DNA from: Pirellulaceae bacterium
Lineage (GTDB): Bacteria; Planctomycetota; Planctomycetia; Pirellulales; Pirellulaceae
DNA length: 64,000 nucleotides
Reading direction: 5' to 3'
NCBI GenBank assembly: GCA_045565995.1
Contig: JBJLEF010000001.1
Span: 1,590,182 to 1,654,181 of the forward strand
Shown here in pieces: positions 44,569 to 54,516 of the stretch; positions within the stretch are counted from its first letter, which is position 1; each line of letters opens with the position of its first letter. The position numbers and the translations under genes are program-made. The notes below the pieces were generated by a model that did not search any database, was not told the origin of the DNA, and worked only from the letters and a program-made list of their open reading frames with translations.

Positions 44569-45375
44569 TTGCCAACGATGACATCATTTGAATTGACAGT
44601 GGAATTAGCAGAACAGTTTCATCGCGACGGGTATCTTTTAGTGAAAGCGTTGTTCGATCTGGAGGAGATTGCCGGGTTATTACAATTTGCAAAAGCTGAT
44701 ATGGCGCTTGCTGACGAGGCCTATGTGCGGCGCGATGGCGAAGGTGGTGAAACCCGCCTGGCTCTTAGAAACCATCTGGACGATGCGGTACCCTATACTG
44801 CAGTAGTGCGTAGTCAGCGGATAGTGCATGCCATGCAGACGCTTCTCGATGATGAGGTTTATCACTATCATCACAAGATGATGATTAAACAACCCCGAAT
44901 TGGCGGGGCCTGGGAATGGCATCAGGACTATGGCTATTGGTATGATTTTGGTTGCCTTTTTCCCGATATGGGGAGTTGTATGGTGGCAGTGGATCAGGCA
45001 ACTAAGCAAAACGGATGCTTACAGGTCTTACGAGGATCGCATAAAATTGGCCGGGTGGATCATGTTCGCATCGGTGAGCAGGTGGGAGCCGATCCCGAGC
45101 GTGTTGCTGTTGCCAAACAGAAACTTGAATTAGTGGCTGTTGAAATGGAAGCCGGTGACGGGCTGTTTTTTCATGGGAATCTCCTGCATCGATCCGATCA
45201 GAATCGCAGTGATCATCCGAGATGGTCGTTGATCAATTGTTACAATACCCGTCACAATGACCCCTTTGTGCAGGATAGCCGGCACCCTAATTACTCGCCG
45301 CTTGAAACCTGGGACGATGCTAAGGTGAAGGAAAAGTTAATAGGGCATCACGAGACAAAAAGTGCGAAGTTCTGA
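44569..45375 (+). CDS. phytanoyl-CoA dioxygenase (PhyH)-family Fe(II)/2-oxoglutarate oxygenase
   Basis: 'FHRDGYLLVKALFDLEEI', 'WHQDYGYW' (HxD) and 'HGNLLHRSDQNRSDHPRWS' are present. Confidence 0.7.
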   Translation: MPTMTSFELTVELAEQFHRDGYLLVKALFDLEEIAGLLQFAKADMALADEAYVRRDGEGGETRLALRNHLDDAVPYTAVVRSQRIVHAMQTLLDDEVYHYHHKMMIKQPRIGGAWEWHQDYGYWYDFGCLFPDMGSCMVAVDQATKQNGCLQVLRGSHKIGRVDHVRIGEQVGADPERVAVAKQKLELVAVEMEAGDGLFFHGNLLHRSDQNRSDHPRWSLINCYNTRHNDPFVQDSRHPNYSPLETWDDAKVKEKLIGHHETKSAKF

Positions 45376-45538
45376 TGTCATGATGAAAATGCTGTTGCCG
45401 TACCCTTACGAAATGTTGGAGTTTAATAAAGTGCTCCCGAAACAATTCGAAGCAGCGTGTAAGCGGTTGTGCCAGCATTATAATACGTTGAAAAAGGGCG
45501 GAAGACTCTCGCCGCTAACCAAGTAGAATAAACTTACT

Positions 45539-48514
45539 ATGATTCGTCGAATACACTGGAAAAGCGTTCTCCTATTCATCCTGCTGCCATTTCCGGTAAC
45601 AGCTCAGGACGAAGGTTCGCAGAAAGAAATCTACTCTGCCTCCGCCAAAGAATCGGTCAAATTCTTTGACGTTCCGACGGGAATGGAATTGGAGTTGGTT
45701 GCTTCTGAACCACATGTTGTCGATCCAATTGCCATCCGTTTTGATGCCCAGGGACGTATGTGGGTTGTCGAAATGAATGACTATCCTTCAGGTAATGGAG
45801 TCTCGAGGATCAAATTACTAGAGGATTTGGATAGTGACGGCAATTATGAAACCGCCCATGTGTTTGCAGATGATTTGGTTTTTGCTACCGGACTCCAGCC
45901 CTGGAAAGATGGCGTGATTGTGACCCTGGCCGGTCAGGTTGTTTATTTCAAAGATACGGATGGTGACCACAAGGCTGACCAACGCGAAGTATGGTATTCA
46001 GGATTTGCGGAAGACAATCAGCAACTGAGAGCGAATCATCCCCGGCTTGGTCTTGATCAGAATATCTATGTTGCCAATGGATTACGCGGTGGTGTTGTCA
46101 AGAATCCTCGGTTACCGGAAAGCGAACCTCTTAATATTAGCGGTATGGACTTTATGTTCACTCCCGAAACGGGAGACTATCAAACCGTTTCGGGGAACGG
46201 GCAATACGGACTGACATTTGATGATATTGGTAATCGTTATGTGTGTAGCAACCGAAATCCAGCGATGCAAATTATGATTGAAGATCGTTATATCAAACGC
46301 TACCCTTCTGTGCCGGTCTTGTCGGTTAAGAAAGATGTGGTTAAGGCAGGGCAGGATTCCGTGATTTATCCACTGACAAAATTTTGGACTACCTCGAACT
46401 TACACGAAGGGCAGTTTACGGCGGCCTGTGGTGTCATGATTTATCGCGGCCACCAGTTACCCTGGTTAAAGGGGACCATTCTGACATGTGATCCGACCGG
46501 AAATCTCATTCATGCCGAAAAGATACAGTCGACATCGGTGGATAACTCGCGATACAACTATTACGGCCCGTATTATTTCGGGACCCCAACACCGGAACGC
46601 GAATTTCTGGCTTCGAAAGATCATTGGTTCCGAGCGGTAAGTATGCGTACCGGCCCAGATGGTTGCCTGTATATTGTGGACATGCACCGAGCTGTTATTG
46701 AACACCCTCAATGGGTGCCTGATGAATTGAAGGACCGTAAAGATGCTCGAAGCGGTGATGATAAAGGCAGGATTTATCGACTCAAGCCAATCAATGCCCG
46801 GTTGGAGCCTAAATGGAGCTGGAGTATCGAAAATCACTCGACCGAAGAACTCGTCTTGTTGCTTGAGCATCTAAATTCTTGGCAGCGTGACACCGCGTTT
46901 CGACTGTTGTCTGAGAGGAGAGAGGAAGAGGCCGTTGGATTTCTGGGACGTTTATTGAACTACTCGAGAGACCCAATCGCCCGCATTCTGGCGTTACGCC
47001 TGCTTCATGGCTGGGATAAGTTAGAACCGGCTCAGATTATGACGGCGGCAAGTCATTACGATAAGCGGGTTAGAATTCATGCCTGTATGGTGCTTGAAGA
47101 TCATTGGAGTAATACGCCGGAACAGAAAACGCTTGCTAGAAAGCTACTGACAGATCGGGAAAGTGCCGTGCGTTTTCAGGCAATCCTCTCATTTGGTGAC
47201 AAAGTAAATCATGATAGTCCTACCTGGAAAGGGTTGGTGAAAACAGTCGTCAAAGATGAATATATGACTCAGGCTTTTTTGATGGCGTCCGCTGATAATA
47301 TTGGTAATTTAGTAACCTTCGTACTGCAGGACATGACACCAACAGGGATTACTGAGGACAAGCACGCTGAAAACGTGTATAGACTTTATGGCTTAGCTGC
47401 GCGAAGTCTGACGCCGGAGCAACAAACGATTGCTTTGCAATGGATCGCAGAGTTACCGAGTTGGGTTAACAAGGAGGCTGTAGCGCTCGGAGATGTTCGC
47501 GCAGCACGGGCAATGCTGGAAAACTTCGATGCCGCACAAGTCGACTGGCGTTCACAAATTGAATCGCTGCCGGAAGAGAAAAAAGTGAGCTTTAATGTGC
47601 TCTGGATGTTGGCCCGACAATGGATCAATGATGTGGAGTCTCCTGAGTCGTTGAAAAGGGAGGCTTTACAGCTATTGGCATTAGGAAGAGATGCTGAATT
47701 CCTGCTGGCTTTGTTGAATCAAACGGACTTTTCTCATTACCATGTCGACCTGCTTGGTCTGCTTCATTTCGAGAAGGATGCTGCAGTCTGGAATGATATT
47801 ATTAGCCGATTTTCGTCCATGGCACCTGCCGTGAAACGTGCTCTGATTGACGTTGTTCTTCGTGATGTCAGTCGTACCAGCATATTACTTACCGGGCTTG
47901 AGATGGAAGCGATTTCGGTGAATGAAATTGATGCGATTCGTATGAATCGATTGAGAGCGTCTGCAAACACAGAGATTGCTGAACGCGTCAAGGCTCTTCA
48001 GGCAACAACAGTTAATGCAGACCGAGCGGCAGTGTTAGATGAATACAAGGCTGTATTGGAGTTGCAAGCGTTCCCTCGTGCAGGTGAAAAAGTCTTCAGA
48101 CAGAATTGTGCAACCTGTCATCGTATTGGAAATATTGGAAAACAGGTTGCGCCCGATATCTCCGACTCACGGACAAGGCAACCACTCCAGTTACTCACGG
48201 ACATTCTTCAACCCAACAGGGCGATTGATAACAACTATATGCATTACTCAGTCCTGACAAAGGATGGCCAGATTCTGGATGGAATTATTACGGAAGAGAC
48301 TTCCAGTCAAATTACTTTGATGCAACCGGAACGCAAGATTGTGCCTGTGTTACGGACGGAAATCGATGAGATTCAGTCACGTGGAGTTTCATTAATGCCG
48401 GAAGGACTAGAAAAGAAAATTGATCACCAACAGATGGCTGACTTGATTTCGTTTATAAAAAATTGGAGATATCTCGACGGCCGTACTCCCTTGGCGAAAC
48501 CACTCAACGAGTAA
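45539..48514 (+). CDS. PVC-type protein: N-terminal membrane-bound-dehydrogenase-like beta-propeller domain, central HEAT repeats, C-terminal c-type cytochrome (CxxCH)
   Basis: Signal peptide is followed by 'FDAQGRMWVVEMNDYP' and 'PDGCLYIVDMHRAVIEHPQWVPDE'. 'QNCATCHRIGNIGKQVAPDIS' is a heme c site near nt 48110. This architecture is typical of Planctomycetota and Verrucomicrobiota. Confidence 0.75.
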   Translation: MIRRIHWKSVLLFILLPFPVTAQDEGSQKEIYSASAKESVKFFDVPTGMELELVASEPHVVDPIAIRFDAQGRMWVVEMNDYPSGNGVSRIKLLEDLDSDGNYETAHVFADDLVFATGLQPWKDGVIVTLAGQVVYFKDTDGDHKADQREVWYSGFAEDNQQLRANHPRLGLDQNIYVANGLRGGVVKNPRLPESEPLNISGMDFMFTPETGDYQTVSGNGQYGLTFDDIGNRYVCSNRNPAMQIMIEDRYIKRYPSVPVLSVKKDVVKAGQDSVIYPLTKFWTTSNLHEGQFTAACGVMIYRGHQLPWLKGTILTCDPTGNLIHAEKIQSTSVDNSRYNYYGPYYFGTPTPEREFLASKDHWFRAVSMRTGPDGCLYIVDMHRAVIEHPQWVPDELKDRKDARSGDDKGRIYRLKPINARLEPKWSWSIENHSTEELVLLLEHLNSWQRDTAFRLLSERREEEAVGFLGRLLNYSRDPIARILALRLLHGWDKLEPAQIMTAASHYDKRVRIHACMVLEDHWSNTPEQKTLARKLLTDRESAVRFQAILSFGDKVNHDSPTWKGLVKTVVKDEYMTQAFLMASADNIGNLVTFVLQDMTPTGITEDKHAENVYRLYGLAARSLTPEQQTIALQWIAELPSWVNKEAVALGDVRAARAMLENFDAAQVDWRSQIESLPEEKKVSFNVLWMLARQWINDVESPESLKREALQLLALGRDAEFLLALLNQTDFSHYHVDLLGLLHFEKDAAVWNDIISRFSSMAPAVKRALIDVVLRDVSRTSILLTGLEMEAISVNEIDAIRMNRLRASANTEIAERVKALQATTVNADRAAVLDEYKAVLELQAFPRAGEKVFRQNCATCHRIGNIGKQVAPDISDSRTRQPLQLLTDILQPNRAIDNNYMHYSVLTKDGQILDGIITEETSSQITLMQPERKIVPVLRTEIDEIQSRGVSLMPEGLEKKIDHQQMADLISFIKNWRYLDGRTPLAKPLNE

Positions 48515-48523
48515 TCACGAACG

Positions 48524-49708
48524 ATGAAAGAATCTTCTACGGGTAAACGGCTTCCACGTATTACGCTAACACGAAAAGTGGTGTTTGCGACGATGTCGCT
48601 GATGTTATTCGTTGGCGTTTGCGAATTCTCTTTTCAGGCAATAGGATTCGACTTCAGTAAATTGGGCCAGGACTTAAATGCTACCCCGATCTTCTATCGC
48701 ATTCCAACGGAGCCCTTTGGGTCCGCTTACTATAAACGACCGGGGAAACAGACCTGGGCAGGTAAAGTTGTTACCAGTCAAATGCAACGGATTGGCTATG
48801 AATCTAAGTGGTTTCCCGAGGAGGAGCCACAGACCCTTGAATATGATGCGAACGGTTTTCGTAATCCCGATGGATTGAAGAGTTGGAAGATTGCCATGAT
48901 CGGTGATTCTTTTACAGAACTTGGGAATTTGCCACCGGACCAACTAGTTACTTCTCAACTCGGAAAGTTATTAGATGTTTCAGTGAAAAATCTGGGGGTT
49001 TCACACACGGGCCTTTTGAACCAAACAGAGTACCTTCGAGAATTCGGTATTAGTGCTGCAACAGAGGACGTCATTTGGGTGTTTTTTGAAGGGAATGATA
49101 TTCAGGATTATATGATGGAGACTGATCGTGTCGCTGCAATTCAGACTGGCATCTCCGAACATATCGACTTACTGAAGACTCACAAATCTCAAACATCCCT
49201 GGTCAAGGCTGTCTACCAACGAATCTTTGCCAAATCTCGCAAAGAGATCTATGGGCCAGCTGTTAACGCCACACTTAGCGATGGTACCACTCGATTTAAA
49301 ATTGATTATGCACCCCCCAGCCGTGATCAGATCTTCTTGCAGTTGCAGCGATTGGAAGCCGGGATAGAGAAACTGCACAATCTTTGTAAACAGAATGGTT
49401 TGAAGCTTACGTGTGTATATATGCCTTGTAAACGAAGGGCCTTCAGTGATCATCCCTATACCGTCGATACGAATGCTCCGGCTTATCTACAACTTCAATG
49501 GGCACCAAGTGATTTGCCTGAATGGATGCAGGAAGTCTGCAAGGAGAAAGGAATCGGGCTGCTTGATGTAACTGGTCCGCTGAAGCAATTGAATCAGACA
49601 GAGCTTTTGTCACATAACCTGATATTCGATACCCATTTAACCGCAGCCGGAGCCGAAGTGGTGGCTCAAGCCTTAGCTGATACTTTGCGGTCGGACGAGG
49701 AAGATTAG
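48524..49708 (+). CDS. SGNH/GDSL-type hydrolase-fold protein (AlgX/AlgJ-like), N-terminal TM anchor
   Basis: An N-terminal TM segment precedes 'WKIAMIGDSFTELGN' (a GDS(L) block). Confidence 0.45.
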   Translation: MKESSTGKRLPRITLTRKVVFATMSLMLFVGVCEFSFQAIGFDFSKLGQDLNATPIFYRIPTEPFGSAYYKRPGKQTWAGKVVTSQMQRIGYESKWFPEEEPQTLEYDANGFRNPDGLKSWKIAMIGDSFTELGNLPPDQLVTSQLGKLLDVSVKNLGVSHTGLLNQTEYLREFGISAATEDVIWVFFEGNDIQDYMMETDRVAAIQTGISEHIDLLKTHKSQTSLVKAVYQRIFAKSRKEIYGPAVNATLSDGTTRFKIDYAPPSRDQIFLQLQRLEAGIEKLHNLCKQNGLKLTCVYMPCKRRAFSDHPYTVDTNAPAYLQLQWAPSDLPEWMQEVCKEKGIGLLDVTGPLKQLNQTELLSHNLIFDTHLTAAGAEVVAQALADTLRSDEED

Positions 49709-49756
49709 GATGCTTAGGTAACTTACTTGTCATTGGTTGACAGGTAAAACCCCAAA

Positions 49757-50938
49757 ATGATAGTCCAATTTTTCGTAGCCTTCAATAATCGAGACAGCAA
49801 AGATTATTCCGATTCCGAACTAATGGGGCTAGCGGTGGAAACGGCACACACAGAATTCCAAGGGCAGAGGCAGAACTGGGGGGGAGGTCGGTCTAAGCAA
49901 TCTGACATGCCTGCTCCGTCAGGCGGGAATGGTAGTTTACACGATTTGCTTACCTCAGGCGGGATGGAGGAACGTGTCGACCAACTACTAGAGGAGCTTT
50001 TTCCTACCTATCCAGTTTCGCAAGAAAAGGTGGAGCTACCAATTCTCACGGATGACTTTAATCAGTTTGAATTGCTCGAACAGATTGGTCAGGGAGCGTT
50101 TTCTCGTGTTTTCAAAGCGGTCGACAAGAAGTTAGGTAATCGTCTGGTTGTTCTGAAATCCGGCAAAATGATCGAGCAGGAACCCGCAATCGTTGGCCGC
50201 TTGAATCATAAACATATCATGCCGATTTATTCGAGTTGGCAAGATAGAACTGGGATGACTACCATTTGCATGCCTTATTTAGGACGCTATACCCTGAAGG
50301 ACAAAATGGTGGAACTACGGCGTAGAGTTTCTCCGTCGAGACTGGAGCGGCGGCACAACACGGTATTTCCCGTGAATTGGAAGCAACACCAGGACTTTCC
50401 TAATCTACTCACGATACTTCATGAAATCTGCGGAGCATTGGCCTACGCTCACCAGCAGGAGGTATTGCATTTAGATCTTAAGCCCTCTAACGTCCTGATC
50501 GGGTTTTGTGGCCATGCTTTGCTACTTGATTTCAATCTTGCTGGTGACTTTTTGATACACAAGTCGCCAACCGGTGGTACGCTTTCCTATATGTCCCCCG
50601 AGCATTTACGGCGATGTGTACTTCAGGAACCGGTTGAATTAGATGTTCGTTCAGATATCTATTCATTTGGTGTACTAATGTTTGAGATGTTTTATGGTTT
50701 CCGTCCATTCGATAGTGCAGGTCCGGCGATGAGAGCACCGTTTCAGGCGAAAATCATGTTGCAGCGGCAAACAAGAGTAAGCCGAGTATTTAGTGCAATC
50801 GTGCCGAGAATTTCCAGGCGGTTACGAAAGATCATTGAACATTGTTTACAGCCTGATCCGTCAGACAGGTATCCAACGGCTTCAGAATTGCTACTCGATC
50901 TCTCCCGAGTGGATCGGCGACTTCGGTCGAAGCTTTAG
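49757..50938 (+). CDS. Ser/Thr protein kinase-like protein (non-RD, DFN variant)
   Basis: 'IGQGAFSRVFKAV', 'VVLK', 'HLDLKPSNVLIG', 'DFNLAGD' and 'SYMSPEHL' are present. The start codon is uncertain. Confidence 0.7.
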   Translation: MIVQFFVAFNNRDSKDYSDSELMGLAVETAHTEFQGQRQNWGGGRSKQSDMPAPSGGNGSLHDLLTSGGMEERVDQLLEELFPTYPVSQEKVELPILTDDFNQFELLEQIGQGAFSRVFKAVDKKLGNRLVVLKSGKMIEQEPAIVGRLNHKHIMPIYSSWQDRTGMTTICMPYLGRYTLKDKMVELRRRVSPSRLERRHNTVFPVNWKQHQDFPNLLTILHEICGALAYAHQQEVLHLDLKPSNVLIGFCGHALLLDFNLAGDFLIHKSPTGGTLSYMSPEHLRRCVLQEPVELDVRSDIYSFGVLMFEMFYGFRPFDSAGPAMRAPFQAKIMLQRQTRVSRVFSAIVPRISRRLRKIIEHCLQPDPSDRYPTASELLLDLSRVDRRLRSKL

Positions 50939-50958
50939 CGTGCCGTCGGTCGACTAGA

Positions 50959-52800
50959 CTAACGGTCATTCTTAATAAAGATCTGAAATCTACCGCTACC
51001 AACGCTTGGTGAGCGTTCTCCCCATGACTCTAACCACGAAATAAAATCAGGCGAGTAAGGTTTGGAGAATTCCGGGTTTCGATTGTGGACGACTAGCTGG
51101 ATGTCCCGAGTTTCAATTAGCCTTTTAAGTTCTGTTTCCAACTCGGACTGACCACCAAGTTGGTAAGCGCGAAATAAGTCATAGCATTGAGGTGTTGGGT
51201 TTTGACGTCCGGACAGAAAATAGAATTGCGGGCAATCAGGCCCCGCCAGAATGGGCTCGTTAATGGTGGTTTGTTTCTCGATGATTTGTAGAAAAGAGTT
51301 GTATTCCTGTTGTTGTGAGCTTTCGATTTTCAATTTCGCTCGGGTTGTTTGTAGTGACCTGTTGTTCTCGAAGTGTTGTGATCTCGAACCGATCAGCCGT
51401 GGATTCGTATAATTGACGCGGGCAACAGCAAAGACCGCCAATAGCACAATAAACGTAAGCCAAAGTGGTTTGTCGTACGTGGTAGTACGTCCAATAACAC
51501 CGATCAACGTAAGTAGGACAAAGGGAGCACAGTAACAAAAATAGATTCCGGAACTGTATGGGTACTGCGTGATCCCCAAACAAGCAGTAACGATGACTAA
51601 AATAATCGCCGGCATAGGGAGTTCTCTTTTACGATGGCAGTACCACGCCCCGACGGCAATTGCAGGCAGTGAACATTGCATCACGACGAAGGTAGATTGA
51701 TAGACCAGAGGAGTGGAGGCTAGCGTACAAAGGCAGGCACCACACAAGGCGATCGTGGATGTCAGTGGCAGTATCATAGATTTGGGAACTTTGTTCTCAA
51801 AAATCGTTAGCAACAGAATGGGAATACTCGCCAGACACCAAACGCCATTAGGTGGTAGGGCTGCCGCGTGATCTAGTCTGGCTTTTGGTAATTCGAACAA
51901 TCCGTCCATGAGGTTATCTAAGTTGCCTTGAAGGATGTAGGGCAAGGCAAATATAAATAATGGTACGCAAGCAGTTATACCGAAAAGTAGGCAATTCCTG
52001 ACTGCGTCTTTTAAGTCAAGCGTAAATCGTTGACTGCTTTCCAATATGATGGCCATCGCTGCAGCGAGAGGAATTAGAAAATAAGCAACAGTCGAAAGAC
52101 TCAGATGTTTGTGGATTAAAATCCCCACCATTAGCGTAAAGATACCGGCCAGGCAAACGCTTAATATTAGATGGGTATTAGTCTTCGGTTGACGATCACT
52201 TTCAGTCCGCAGAGGTTGGGCGTGGCTAATCCAGATGACAAACAGTGAAGCGGCCACCAGATAGAGTCCAACGATCTTGAATAGTATTGCCACTCCACTA
52301 AAGAGAGCAGCCAGTAGAGTATATCGTCGTGATGATGTTTCATGGAATTTGATTAGTGTCCAGGTAGTCCAACTGGCGGCCATTAAGACATACCACGACG
52401 GTAATGCTGCAAAGTAGTTCGGAAAGCTCCAGGCAACGGAGGTCAAAGTAACAACTCCGGCGACAACAGGACTTACCATGCGCAGGGCAATTAGGTACCA
52501 GACGATGGCAGTCATGGTTGCTCCAATCAGGAGCGGTATTCGAAGCGAGGCTAGATTGATACCGAAGAGCTTAAAGCTACTTGCGTTAATATGACTTAGT
52601 AGCCCGGTGTATGCGTCTTGAAACTCTACATGCGGAGTGTTTCCTGCCAGCGTAAGTTCAGCCGTATGCCCTAGCAAGCCTTCATCATGTGCGATCCATC
52701 CCTCATCATAATGCCATCCCAAATATCCGCTGACGAGTATGCCAATCATGCACACGCCTAGGATCACTGTTTTCCGGGATTGATTCTGTATGGATGTCAT
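50959..52800 (-). CDS. polytopic membrane glycosyltransferase, GT39/ArnT/PMT-like
   Basis: The ORF has about 12 TM helices and a C-terminal soluble domain. The 613-aa size and clustering with a GT2 ArnC-like gene support the call. Confidence 0.45.
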   Translation of the reverse strand: MTSIQNQSRKTVILGVCMIGILVSGYLGWHYDEGWIAHDEGLLGHTAELTLAGNTPHVEFQDAYTGLLSHINASSFKLFGINLASLRIPLLIGATMTAIVWYLIALRMVSPVVAGVVTLTSVAWSFPNYFAALPSWYVLMAASWTTWTLIKFHETSSRRYTLLAALFSGVAILFKIVGLYLVAASLFVIWISHAQPLRTESDRQPKTNTHLILSVCLAGIFTLMVGILIHKHLSLSTVAYFLIPLAAAMAIILESSQRFTLDLKDAVRNCLLFGITACVPLFIFALPYILQGNLDNLMDGLFELPKARLDHAAALPPNGVWCLASIPILLLTIFENKVPKSMILPLTSTIALCGACLCTLASTPLVYQSTFVVMQCSLPAIAVGAWYCHRKRELPMPAIILVIVTACLGITQYPYSSGIYFCYCAPFVLLTLIGVIGRTTTYDKPLWLTFIVLLAVFAVARVNYTNPRLIGSRSQHFENNRSLQTTRAKLKIESSQQQEYNSFLQIIEKQTTINEPILAGPDCPQFYFLSGRQNPTPQCYDLFRAYQLGGQSELETELKRLIETRDIQLVVHNRNPEFSKPYSPDFISWLESWGERSPSVGSGRFQIFIKNDR

Positions 52801-52809
52801 AGCGAGATA

Positions 52810-53541
52810 TTATTTCTTACGGAGACTAACGACTAAGGAACTTCCGAAAGGTGGACGTAATTGAGTTAAGGTCGCTTGTTCGAAACGACAAATTGTTTTT
52901 AGGATAGCGTTTGATACTTTTCCTGGCAGGCTTGCAGGCTTGGGAGTTGTCGGCGATAAGCTCTCTTTTAGTCGTACTAGCAATTTAGCCGGAAACGTCC
53001 AGTGAAATAGATAATGTTGGTTTTCAATTTCAAATCCAGCTTGGCAGGCCTGTTGCCCCATCAGCCGTTTTGTATAGCGAGTTATGTGGTGATTGAAGTC
53101 ATCGTGTTTTGTCCACAGTAGATTGAAGGCGGGGACAGTAAGTAGCATGCGCCCATCTGGATTAAGTAAGTCACGAGCTTTTTTCAATGCTGTTGTCGCG
53201 TCAGGGATGTGCTCTAAAACGTCGAGCATTACAATCCAGTCGAATGGCTGATTGGTTTGGTAAGAATCATCAAAGCGTCCCAGATGAATCCGATCAAAGT
53301 AGGGTCCATTGGGATCTACAATTCGGTCATCGGCTTCGACTCCACGGACACTTCCCAAGGTTTCAAGATCCGGAAAAAACAAACCATCCCCGCATCCCAC
53401 ATCCAGAATCTGTCGGGAGTTATTCGAACCGTCTTGTGCCTTCCAGCGGTTGAGGAGGCTTAGGATGTAGGTTCGTCGGCTTTGCCACCACCAGTGGTGT
53501 TGGTAAAGCTGTCGATATGTGTTGGCGTATTCGGTGTCCAC
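52810..53541 (-). CDS. class I SAM-dependent methyltransferase
   Basis: Motif I 'ILDVGCGDGLF' and 'IVMLDVLEHI' are present. Its start overlaps the upstream GT2 stop by ~80 nt, so the true start may be non-ATG. Confidence 0.7.
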   Translation of the reverse strand: MDTEYANTYRQLYQHHWWWQSRRTYILSLLNRWKAQDGSNNSRQILDVGCGDGLFFPDLETLGSVRGVEADDRIVDPNGPYFDRIHLGRFDDSYQTNQPFDWIVMLDVLEHIPDATTALKKARDLLNPDGRMLLTVPAFNLLWTKHDDFNHHITRYTKRLMGQQACQAGFEIENQHYLFHWTFPAKLLVRLKESLSPTTPKPASLPGKVSNAILKTICRFEQATLTQLRPPFGSSLVVSLRKK

Positions 53542-54506
53542 TTGGATTGATTTGAAATAACCTGATCAACGATAAAAGACGGGCGTCCTTTGACTTCTTC
53601 AAAAACTCGACCGACGTATTCTCCAACGACTCCGAGAAACATCAGTTGCACGCCTGCGAAAAATGAGATGGCAACGGTAATAGCAGTAAACCCGGGAGGA
53701 ATTTCGTTCATGAAGTTGGGCAACTGGTTGGCTGGTGTTAGCTTGGCGTAGACAGCGAAAGCCGCGAGTAGTAATGCAACGAGCACGGATAGGCAGCCAA
53801 TCAGAGTGGCTAATCGAAGGGGGATTAAGGAGAATGAAAAAATCCCGTCGGCAGCCAGTTTAAACAGTTTCCTTAATGTGTACTTCGTATCGCCGGCCTT
53901 GCGTTCTTCACGCTCAATCTCGATTCCGATCTGCTTAAATCCCACCCAACTGCGGATACCTCGCAAGTATCGATGACGGTCGGCATCGGAGGCCAGTAAT
54001 TGCGCCACTCGTCGGCTGATGATTGAGAAATCACCACTATCACGTGGTAGCGGAGTCGACGAAAGTCGTTGGATCATACGGTAGAACACGTTGTAACATA
54101 TTCGCTTGATAATGTTTTCTTTGCGATTGACTCGGATCGCATAAACGACATCGAACCCCTCATTATATTTCTCAAGAAGTGCTTTGATTTTCTCAGGAGG
54201 GTCCTGCAGGTCGCCGTCCATCAAAACAACAGCATCTCCTTCGACATATTCAAGCGCCGCAGCATAGGCTGGTTGCTGACCGAAGTTTCTGGAGAACGAG
54301 ATGACAACTAAACGGTCATCCTCAGTCGCGGCCTCTTGGAGGATGGCAAGTGAATCGTCGCTGCTACCGTCATTAACAAGAATTACTTGATGCGGGCCAC
54401 CGGGCAATTCATCCAATGTAGCAGTCACCCGTCGAATCAGTTCAGGAATGACGTCCTGTTCGTTGTAGACGGGAATGGCGACTGTGATTTGAGGGTGTCT
54501 GATCAT
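53460..54506 (-). CDS. GT2-family polyprenyl-phosphate glycosyltransferase (ArnC/DPM1-like) with C-terminal TM helices
   Basis: 'VAIPVYNEQDVIPELIRRV', 'VILVNDGSSDDS' and 'DGDLQDPPE' are present. Two C-terminal TM segments follow. Confidence 0.8.
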   Translation of the reverse strand: MIRHPQITVAIPVYNEQDVIPELIRRVTATLDELPGGPHQVILVNDGSSDDSLAILQEAATEDDRLVVISFSRNFGQQPAYAAALEYVEGDAVVLMDGDLQDPPEKIKALLEKYNEGFDVVYAIRVNRKENIIKRICYNVFYRMIQRLSSTPLPRDSGDFSIISRRVAQLLASDADRHRYLRGIRSWVGFKQIGIEIEREERKAGDTKYTLRKLFKLAADGIFSFSLIPLRLATLIGCLSVLVALLLAAFAVYAKLTPANQLPNFMNEIPPGFTAITVAISFFAGVQLMFLGVVGEYVGRVFEEVKGRPSFIVDQVISNQSKWTPNTPTHIDSFTNTTGGGKADEPTS

Positions 54507-54516
54507 GATTTATGAT

